A stretch of 63,482 bases of DNA, filler included, from Reticulomyxa filosa (Eukaryota > Protista > Foraminifera), in the NCBI GenBank assembly GCA_000512085.1. It is 16 parts of 16 records of this genome, joined end to end, with 100 filler letters (N's around TTAATTAATTAA, not from the genome) between each part and the next. Parts side by side here need not be neighbours in the genome. Positions count along the whole stretch, not along the records: positions 1 to 14,213 come from ASPP01009919.1; 15 more parts are not named here. One strand, 5' to 3'. The position numbers and the translations under genes were made by a program. Under the pieces are notes generated by a model. The model ran no database searches. It was given only the letters and a program-made list of their open reading frames with translations, and was not told the DNA's origin. Shown here one piece after another: positions 1-10,473 of the stretch; position 1 is the first letter of the stretch, and the number at the start of each line of letters is the position of its first letter.

Positions 1-1773
1 TTTTTTTTTTTTTTGCAATCAAATGCTTCCTCTTTCTCCTCCTTATCCGAAAAGCACATATCGACTTTACATGCTCGGCATCCATTTGCTCTGGATTTAG
101 ATATGGCGGACTGTCCACGACCAATGAAACCTCTTTTTCCACAATCCATCGCAATATGATTTCACTCTCTTCTTCGAATGCCTCGACATCCAAATATTTC
201 AAAAACTGTTATTTGTGCATTTATACATATTATATGTATATGTGTGTGTGTGTGTTATAAAACAAACCTTTTGTTTGTTATTTTGCAACAATAAAAAAAA
301 AAAAAAAAAAAAAGTGGAAAATCTTAACGGTGATGATATTGCTCGTAATTGGCTCTGACACAAGCCATCGATCCAATAGCAAACGGGAACAGGCGTCGCG
401 CACACATTGAACGCGGTCCGTCAGTCCGTCTTTTAAAATGTTGACTCGGTTTTTAATCGAGAGTGCTTTCATGTCGACAAAGGCCATCTTCTTGAAGGCT
501 TCTTGTCTCACTTCGTCACTCTCATCACGCAAACGACGGATTACGCATTTCAACGTTCCTCGGTTTAAATCGAGTGTCATCAGTGCCTCTCTTCGACAGT
601 CTCTATATGTGAATTAGTCCAAAAGTTCTTGTTTTTTGTTGGTGCATCGGACAAGGAGAACAGGAAGCTTAACCTATTTCCATCATGTTCCATTGCCCTG
701 ATTAGCGTTTTGGTTACTTTACACTCTTTATCGCCGGTCTATATTTTGCATGACATCAATATTGTTCTAATTGTAATTTTCTTTTCTTAGGCAATGTTTT
801 TTTTTTAAAAAAAGTTCAAATGCAAGGTCGATCGTTGTTACAAAAAAGTTTTGATTTTTTTGTCTCCCTTGTTCTTTCCAATCTTCGTTTGTTAAAAAAA
901 AAGTTCACCCAATCAAAATGGCAACCAATTTTTTGTTGTTCTAATCTCAAGTGTAAAACGACGTTTTTGCAACTCTTTCCCTTCCTCCCCCTTTCAAAGA
1001 GACGCTCGTAATTGTCAGAGCAAATGCATTACCTGCACTCGGTGCATTGCCGATATTGCTGCTCTTCTGACTTGAGGAATTTTGTCATTGGCTCGTCGTG
1101 TGAGAACTTTTTGTAACTTTTCCCACATCGCTTCTCTATTTGAACAGTCCACAAATCTCTTTTGTTTTGTTGCGCAAGTCAAAGAACGCAAGGGGAAGGC
1201 ATGTTTTGAAACACAACTCCAATTCATAATCTTCGTCCAATGATTTCATTAATTTGGCAATGATATCACAAACCCGAAACCTCACTGCTTTGTTTTTAGC
1301 ATTTTCTTTCTCAATCAAATAATTTAACAATCCAGTTACCACTACGTCTTTCCACTCCACACCATTGTCACGAAACATAGCCAGTCCAATGACAAATGCA
1401 ATTACTCGCTCGACACAAGTGTCTTTATTAAATCGCATCAACACCGCGTCCAACTTTTTTTTTTTTTTTTTGATAGATAAGACTCGAAATCAAAAACGCG
1501 TTTTTTAATGCGGCGTGTTCTTGTTTCCGAGTCACTCACAAATAAAAAAAAACACAGCAAACACAAAACAAAAGGTGCAATGTGATCCACTAGTTCTTGT
1601 GGCCTCTCTCGAAAGTGCTCTGTCAAACTGGAAATTGCATTGTTGTGAGCCTGAAACGAGCGTTGGCAAGCGTCAAAATGCTTACCAATCATTTCTAATA
1701 ACTCTTGATCGAGTTCAATTTCATCAGTATGTTGATTTTGATGCATTTCAACTCCTTTGGTCAGCTCTTTCAA
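1..1773 (-). CDS. NCAPG: Condensin complex subunit G (CAP-G/Ycg1), N-terminal HEAT region; multi-exon, runs off window start
   Basis: Spliced ORFs 1773-1570, 1453-1222, ~1135-1033, ~600-328 give KHFDACQRSFQAH...ENAKNKAVRFRVCDIIAKLM...RRANDKIPQVRRAAISAMHRVQ...RRLRDESDEVRQEAF...LKDGLTDR...LLLDRWL, typical of the CAP-G N-terminus. True start codon uncertain. Confidence 0.85.
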
Positions 1774-2026
1774 CAGCCGAAAAGAGACCTTGATATATTG
1801 ATATCTTTTTTTTAAGGTGCCTTTTCACTTTTGCAAATTTCTTGCTAACAAAAAAGTAATACAGTAACGATTATTTTTAAATGTTGGTCAATTATATCGA
1901 ATAATTTTTCAAAGAATATTTGTTTGACATTAACACCAAGCTGATATTTGTACATAAAAAAACACTCTATGATGTGCAAACGTTGTTTCAATATATTCTT
2001 AAAAAAAAGACTTGATAATTCCCAGT

Positions 2027-4620
2027 TTATCTTGACAAAATAAAACAACGGTCTTCAGCCCTTTGTCTTTTCTTTCTTTCGCTTTCGTCCGCAGATTCGT
2101 GCTCTAACTCAACTTCAGCCAATAACTTTTTGTAATCCCAAGCTCCAGCAAAATTTCTGATCTTACGAAGCGCTCTGTGCTCCCATTGGCTTCCTGTTTC
2201 TTTCAATTTGCTCAACTCAGAGCGACGGTTGACCCCAAGGAATTGGACAAATGGCAGATGGAAATACAGGAAAATGATTAAAAAAACATAAAAGCCCCAT
2301 CCGTCATACCACACCACGTTATATTTCAAATACTTCAATTCAGCGACGAGACCAAGAACACAAGACCAAAGGGTTACCAGAAACAAAAAGATCATCGAAG
2401 TGAAAGCATACCAATCCAAAAAGGTCAAGTATTGGATTTTTTTGTCGAACGCCAATGGCAGCGCGCTAATTTGTGCCAACAAAAACACGGCACAATAGCT
2501 AAGTCGATCGGCTAAATTGGCTGTTTACCGCGAAAGAAAGCAAACATCGACCCCCCCCCCCTTCCTCCGTTCAAACTTTGCCATTGAGTTGTCCGATCCA
2601 TCACAAAGGTTTGTGTATTACTGTTGCAAATGTTTGGACAATACTAAACTGGAGTCAAGCTGCAATGCAAACGCACCCAATCCCAAAGTGAACAGACAAA
2701 GTGTGATCGTGAACGACCCAAGGTAGATTTTCCATTCTATCAATATTCAGACGTATACACAAACATTGACAGAACAGAAAAAAAAAAGGGGGGGGGGGGA
2801 GGAGAGGGTGTGTACAGATTTAAGGAATTAAGCCACTTGCAGGTTGCACACGTACACACGAAAAGAAGACATACCTCGTAAGGCCTTGACATGCACCTCC
2901 AGCACTGCATGAGTATTCATACCCTTTAACAATTCTGGAGAGCTGAAGCGAAATTCGGTTAGGATGTTGTCCAATTTCCACTCTGCATTTAATGTGAAAA
3001 GCGGGCCCAGCGTCAAGAAATTGCCCGATCTGCGTGTGCAATCAATCAATCAATCAATCAACCAAAAAGTGTTGTACGCATACGCAGACCGAACAAGACA
3101 AAAACAAAAGGTAATGCAATATTATGGAAGCAAGGACTTATGGCGGACACTATTTTGTCATCACATTAAACAACACATTTTTTTATTTTTTTTTATATAT
3201 TGCAAAATTTACATATATGTATATACATATACATATGTATGTGTACATATATTACATAAATATATATATATATATGTATATATATTGTTTATAATAGTAG
3301 TAAAACGAATACAATCATAAACTTGGAAGTGGTAACAAATCAGCCTCATTAATACTTTGACGCGACAATTGAAGGGTCATTGTAAAATCTTGACACTATG
3401 ACAAAGTCACACAAAGCAACGAGTGTGATCGCAACATAAGCCTTGGGTCCCTCTGACAATAGACAAACAATACAAGCAAAATGGGGAAAGAAAAAAAAAA
3501 AAAAAAAAAGCAGTGCTAAACATCAAACGGGAAATTTTGCATTTCAAATTTTCTGTAAAACACAACGTCGGCTTCGAATTGAACCCTTATCCAGTGACCC
3601 CTGCTAGGATCAAATCCAATCACATTCTTTGGAATATCCCACGCAAACTTGCTGCCATTGTTATTTACAATATCGCCACGTTTTAATAGAAACGGAGCTT
3701 TTTTAAAAAATAAAAAATAAAAAAAAAAAAAAAATACAAAAGGGAGGAAAAATCCAAGGAACATGCAAAGTGGTCCATCTTTAACAGAAAAGGAGGAAAG
3801 AGAGAGAGGGAGAGAATAAAAAATTGTCGGTATGCTTGGCACAAAACTTTTTTGTTTGTAATGAATGATGTCAATAGCATTGATAAACTCTAAATAAGGA
3901 ACCCATGAAGGCTTCCACTGATCCGAGTCTTGACGGAAGTCGTTGTCAAGGAACGCCGTGCTGTTGATATAACTGTTACTTTTTTCCTTTTTCCATTTGT
4001 CGTACGATTGCACTTCCTCAAATGTCGCCAACCATGTCAGGTAATAGCGAAATCGACTTCGAAATTGTTCCTCTGTACAGTCGATTTCACTTATTCGATT
4101 GAGTTCCATCTCCACAAACACAATTCGACGACCCACCATTCCTTTTTCATTGCCCATATATGACTTTGTCTCTTCGCTTGTCAGCTGTTGAACAACACCC
4201 ATCCCCTTTTTTTTTTTTTTTTTTTTTTGTTGAATCCCTTTCCTTCCCTTCTCCAAGGGAAACAAAGACGCTATCTTTTTTGGCTATAGTCTTCACTTAC
4301 GTCTTTCGCTTCGGCGTAGTGCAATTGATGGAAATAGCGCTCGCTTCGTGTTGGCCAGTTGTCTCGTATTGATTCAATGTCTTCACGTTTCGGTTGTCTT
4401 TCCATTTTCACAAAATGTCACAAGCAATCCTTTCATTTGTATAAACAAAACAAATGCAAATTTCACGTCGGACTAACCTCATCGCAGCTGCTTCGTTGAA
4501 CGGAAGTTGGAACGGTAACATCCCGATTTCTTGATTTACCTCTGAGACCACCTTCGCGTCCATCATATCCACAATGTATTTCTCTGTTTCTGGAAATTTA
4601 GTCAGTATGTCAGTGCTCAT
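2027..4620 (-). CDS. Pentameric ligand-gated ion channel (Cys-less / Pro-loop type), multi-exon
   Basis: ECD motifs ELNRISEIDCTEEQFRSRF, WKPSWVPYLEFINA, FEMQNFPFD|CQDFTMTL; TM region ADRLSYCAVFLL (M2), KIQYLTFLDWY (M3), M4 then charged tail. Confidence 0.8.
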
Positions 4621-4888
4621 GTTTATTTGGTAGGATTTTTTTTAATATCAACGCCTACTCTGTTTGTGACAGGTAGCAGTAGTTTATCTGTGATTTTGCA
4701 CGTTAAAGATATATTTCAATTTTAGAACGCAAATAATTTTACTTAGCTAGAGTATAACAAATTTGTACAGCTGCAATTTTTGCAGGCCAAATCTTAAAAA
4801 TTTTAAGTTGTTCAAACAATAAATTAAATCAAATCCTAATTTGTGTAAATCAATAAATCCTTAACAAACTTTGAACTATTTTTCCATA

Positions 4889-6784
4889 ATGTCTCCTACT
4901 TCTAGAAATGCTGATCTTATACATAACAAATGTGTTGGAGAATTAATTGTAAGTTTACTGATGATTCATAGTTGACTCACGCATCGTATGTCTTGGTAAT
5001 GCATTTTAAAAGAACGTTTACAATGCCTCAGAACAATTTATTGCTTCAGCTAAACAACTGGATGGAGTTTATTGATATTTCCAAAGTTTGGACTTCCGCT
5101 ATTGTCACTGTTATACAATATTTCTCAACATTTAATGACTTTATTTTTTGGCAACCTGGTCGGTTTTTTGATTTTCTTATTGTGCTAACCATTTTATTGG
5201 GACTTGTTTATTTTTTGCTGCGATCAGATTACTCAAAGCAAAAGTTATACACTATTCTTACAAAGCGTACAAAACGAAAACAATTTAATGCATATGAAGA
5301 ATGTTGAAAAATAACAAAAACGGTACAGGAAACTAAAGGCATTTGAGTTGTTGACTAGAAAAGACTGTCATGATATTGACGCATCTCAACTGAATTTGTT
5401 GCAATGCTTGAGAGAAATCGATCCAGAACTGATTACAGGTATTTTTTGAAGCATTAAACAGACTATCTCAATCATTCGAGTTGTCTTAAATTTTTTTAAA
5501 GTTCGATCTAAGGTCACACACTTTTTTTGACAGAATTTGAATCGTTGGCAAAACAAGATACGGTAGCTCTCTAAACTTTGTTAAAGTGAGAGTTGTACGC
5601 AAAAGTGTCATTTATTGCACCACATAGAACAAAAAGTTTGTCCATCCACTTAAATCTAAAGAACAAAAAGAATCTCAGCACTTACAAGTTACTTGAATTA
5701 GTTCATTTATGGATGTTACATAAAACTCTAAACCGAAATCTCATGCATAATGTCATTTTTGGAAAAGTGTTCACTTTTTTGTGTTGGTACAGGTCAAACG
5801 ACAAGAGACCAAGCGATTAAAAAAAGAAAATCTTTGGCCTCAAAATTGACAAAAGTAGTGAAAAAATTAGAAAATTTGCGATTAATGAATTTTAAAATTC
5901 GTGGCTTTGTTGACTCTACAGCTCAAAAACTGCAAAGGCAATATAAAATTGTATGTTGATTTTGATTTCTTTCCTTGGCATTTAAAAATTATACATAAAT
6001 GCATTGCTGACACAGACAAAAAGAAGATGGGGAACATCAGAAAAAAAAACGGAAAATATGAGAGTAAAGCTGAAAAAGCTGCAAAAAAAAAATGAACAAG
6101 AGCACAAATCGCTGAAAGAAATAAGAAAAATAAAAAAATCACTAACTACATTAAACACAACTCTGTCTAAAAAGGAGAAAACGATTAAAAAAAATAAAAC
6201 TGAACTCAACATTCTAAGACTAGCACTTCATGTTTAATTACTCTTTTATCAAAAAAAATAATTTGTCAATGCATGTTAATAATGTTTGATAGAATGAGAC
6301 TGAGAGTCTCAATGGTACGACAAATCAAGTTGTAGAGGAAGTTGCAAAACTGAAAACGGAAAATCGTTGTTCCAGGCGTAGGTGTGTATCTAACACGCAT
6401 ATATGATAAAGTTGCCTTTTATCTGCGCTAAAATATAAAGCTATAACTTGAGGGGGGAATTGTGGGAACGTTCAAAGGCTTCGACAGCAAATACAAGAAT
6501 TGGAAAAAAGAGAGCACGATCTGGCAAAGGAAAATTTGGAAATGCGAAAGGAAATACATAACATCAAACAACAAATCGTTGATTTAAAAGCTCTAATTTT
6601 CAACAAGACTACTTCTCTGTATAATTGTCCTCAAAGCGGGCCAGTCAATTTCCCAAGTACTCCCACCGAGACATCAGTCCACATCGAATTGGACAAGTCA
6701 AACCAATGGCTCCAAATGTGGGATCAGTTGCTTCAGCAAACTAATCAAATTGCAAACACGCCTCCAATTGAAGAAAATGCTTAG
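4889..6784 (+). CDS. Hypothetical protein with one predicted TM segment and C-terminal coiled coil, multi-exon
   Basis: Same-strand ORFs: FFDFLIVLTILLGLVYFLL (TM), then heptad-rich ENMRVKLKKLQKKNEQEH.. and LEKREHDLAKENLEMRKEIHNIKQQIVDLK, separated by GT..AG introns. Exon structure approximate. Confidence 0.5.
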
Positions 6785-7092
6785 CCCTCTTTGTTTTATT
6801 TAAAAATGTAAATGGAGCAAACCAACACTTCACTGAACAACAATTTTTAGAAAAAATGTAACTTAAGTTTTAACTTATTGTATTGTATGTTTTTATAAGA
6901 TTATTTTCTTGCGTCATCTTTGAATATATTTATGTAGTCCTTATATCTTAAATGGTCAGTTTCATCTATATTTTAACCCAGTATTCTGAAAATTTAAGAA
7001 TGCTTGCAAGAAAGGACGTCATACTGCAAAATATAAGAAGCTTTTTCACCAACTGCTGCTTGTTTAACATAAAAACTGTTTTTTGTATTACT

Positions 7093-7292
7093 TTGTTGGA
7101 AAAATTTGAATTAATAAAAATTTCACCTGATACAAGATGTGTTCCTCAAATTGAGGTTAATTTCGATTTGCAAAAAGAATTTATGTCAAAAATGATTTTT
7201 GAATTTAGTATGTTTATATTTTTCTAAATCAAATGAAAAAGCAATTAAAGAAATAATCGAACGTTGTTGATGCAAATCCAGTTTTATTTGTT
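7093..7292 (+). pseudogene. Hsp70 substrate-binding-domain fragment (decayed)
   Basis: LLEKFELIKISPDTRCVPQIEVNFD ... VDANPVLFV matches Hsp70 [34 protein letters not shown], with a ~90-nt interruption; no other Hsp70 sequence nearby. Confidence 0.75.
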
Positions 7293-7382
7293 AAAAAGAC
7301 AATGATAATTTTTGCAAAAAAAAAAATGATATGAAATTAAGGGGAAAAAAGGTGGCCAAGAGCAAAAAAAAATAAAATTGCC

Positions 7383-8658
7383 ATGGCAGAAGTAGGCTTA
7401 ACAACCGGTAAAAAAACAACTACTTCCCAAAAACTAAGGTTTTTGATGGATGAAGATGAATCGAAAGAAGAAAAATTACATCAAGAACATGCAACACATG
7501 ATAAAATGCAACGTTTGGAGACAGCGAAAGGCAACATGAACAAATTCATATTACAATTTCAATACGTCAAGGATGCTTACAACGAAATCGACAAGGCATT
7601 TTGTGCCAACATGCAAAGTAGCAGCGCGGCAAATAATCTGAAAGATAAGATGTTGCGCATAGTTGAAGTGGGCAAGATTAATATTATTTTGAATTACTTG
7701 GGATACCCAAAATTGACCAACGAACAATTAAGAGATATATTTGGCAAAGAAATGACAACAGAGCAAGAAACAATGTCCTTCAAAAGGCTCTTAGTTGGTA
7801 ATCAACTTTTTTTTTTTTTTTTTTTTTTTATCCTCTTTCTGTTGTAAATTGTTATTGATCATATATGTACGTAAATGCAAATGGAATAACGAATGAATAG
7901 GTTGTGCCGAGTGTTATTACGAAAAACGAAACGACGAGTATAAGAATGACAACCCAGTTACAAAGCAGCGATATGAAATCCTTGCAAAAGGCTTTAACGT
8001 TCAGTTATCTTAGACTTTGTTCCCTGTGCGGGATACTTTGCTTCCGTTTTCTGTTCACTTTTTTTTTTTTTTTATAGCTTCTGGAAATTTAAAAAATGCA
8101 CATATTTTTTGTTGTTTGTGGAATGCATATGAAATGTCTTTTCTTATGTCAATGACTAAACGGACAATCCACGGTTATGAACTGTGTGTTGTTCACAGAT
8201 CGTAAAGAATATGTTTGATGCAATTGACACTGATGGAAGCGGTGAAATCACAAAAGCAGAATTTCGTCGTGCATTTATCTCGATTTGCAGAGATGAAGAA
8301 TTAGTTTTGATTTCATTGTTTTTTTTTTTTTGTCGTTCTCTTTTTTTTGGATTTAAGCAGAAAAAAAGGATAGCTGCAAAGAAAAAAGTGAACGCATATT
8401 TTGTACGTGTGACTCCCCCCCCCCCACAAATAAAAAAAGGTGGACCTACGAATGGAAGAGTTGGACTACAATCATGATCAAGAGATAACGTTCCGCGAGT
8501 TCATTTATGGAATTTCTGGCTGGGTTGGCTTTGCGGACGAATTGTCTGAACAAGATGACGATGATGTGAATCTCGATAAAACGCCAACCGATAGTCAACA
8601 AGAAGGGGCCGTTAAGAAACAACGCTCTTTGAATGCTGTCGAGGCAAATAAAGCCTAA
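7383..8658 (+). CDS. EF-hand calcium-binding protein, multi-exon
   Basis: Canonical EF loop DTDGSGEITKAE and second loop DYNHDQEITFRE; exons ~7383-7797, ~7901-7998, ~8199-8303, 8440-8658. Confidence 0.8.
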
Positions 8659-9176
8659 TTTAAAAAAATCGTTTTTTGTTTTTGAGCCAATTGTCCAGAT
8701 TTTGCACTTTTGGTTTAACAACTTCGTTTTTTCTGTCACATGATACTGTGTTTGTATCAGTCAATGTTTGCTGAATTTCTAAATTCTTGTTATTACTAAA
8801 GTGTTTTGCTGATCCCATTTTTCTAAGCAAAGCTCAAAGATTCGAATGACCCAACATTTAAAAGTCCGAATATAGAACTTCAGATTTTATAACTTGAAAC
8901 AAAAAGATCTTAGGCATTGTAGCAATACTAATTTTCAAAATTACCAACTTAGGAATATAGAGGTTGTCAAAAAGAAAAAAGTGCGACTAAAACAAAAAAA
9001 TTCCAATCAACACCAAATAAATAAACTCAAAAGCCATATTCAATAAATAAAACAGCATAACGCACTTAATAATTATTTTATGTTATATATATTTTATTTT
9101 TATTTATTTGTTTCAATAAACAAAAAAAATTATGAACAAAAAATCCATAAAATTAAAGTTGGAATGCAAGTTGTGT

Positions 9177-9989
9177 TTATGAATCCTCAGCCCATTTGTT
9201 TTCTGCTCTCACAGCTTCTTCTTCTTCAGGTGTAAAATCATTGGCAATATTAAATTGTTTTCTGATCTGTTCCGGCGTCTTTCCTTTCAACATGGAAGCA
9301 ACTTTGGCACAGGTCAGATCTAACAAAGGTTTAATATCCATGTAGTTAGCAGCCAAGATCAATTCAAACAATGTTTCTTGGTCTACTTCAACAAAGTTTG
9401 CATCCCATTCTGGTACCACCTTTGGTATTTTTATTTTTATTTGTTGATGTGTTTTTTCTTTGGTTATTGTTATTATTTATTTTTAAAAAAACTTGCATAA
9501 CTTCTCTCATATTTGAAGATTTCAAAGGCTTTTCTATCTCTTTCATTGGACTTTCGTGATGATGTTCCATAAAACTTATCACACGTTTCAATATTGCACT
9601 TCTCACATTTGGAAGAGGGATTTCAGTTTCAGTTTGATCCCCTGTTGTTTCATTAAATTTCAATTTCAAACATGCAATTTTTTGTTTTGTTTTTATAATG
9701 CGATTTCTCGCTTTTTATTGTCTTTCATTACTCAAAAGAGTCTCGTTTCATTACAAAAGAGAAACGCAATCCAATTTTGGAAAGCTACTCGAGATATGAT
9801 GTGATATGAATGTGGTTGGATGATAGAAAGCACTTAACCACTCCATATAGTTTTGATAAGTGCTGAATGCATTGCAATGTCTTTTTTCACCGGAAAACTG
9901 ATGCTGTCCTGTGATTTCAATTGCAACTCAATTTGCTCTTCTTCGTCCAGTCCACCACTTTCGTTTGCTGCTTTTTCTTCTTTTGACAT
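9177..9989 (-). CDS. SKP1: S-phase kinase-associated protein 1 (SCF adaptor), 3 exons
   Basis: [94 protein letters not shown]; ATG at 9989, two GTT..AG introns. Confidence 0.97.
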
Positions 9990-10473
9990 TATTATTAAGC
10001 TTTAAATTAGATTGTACAAATTTATTCAAAAAGAGAAGGATGGATTGCTTGAATAAAATGAGTTTCTAAGGAAAAGACATAAATTGAACTACTGCTTCAG
10101 ATTGTTACAACTGCATTTTACTCTTGCTTCGGTGAAACTTCTCGTTTTGGATTGTTTTGTGTGGTTTGCATGCGAAATTTCATTATTGACAAAAGAACAA
10201 ACCAACCAACATCGATACAAGACAAACAATATCACAAGGTTTTTATTTTAATTTTGTTTGAAATTAAACCTAAAGTTGAAGATTGAGTGAGACATAAGTA
10301 TAATTTGTAAGCGTTTTGTAATTTCAGTAACAATTATTACACGAAATGGTTCGACAATCAAAAGACTTATTATTATAAGTATTTTGTTGTAGACCTTCGA
10401 ACTGTAAAACAAATCTACGGGGTTCAGTTTTTTGAGGAGAACTGTTTACGAGTTTCCTCAGCACTGAAATTAA

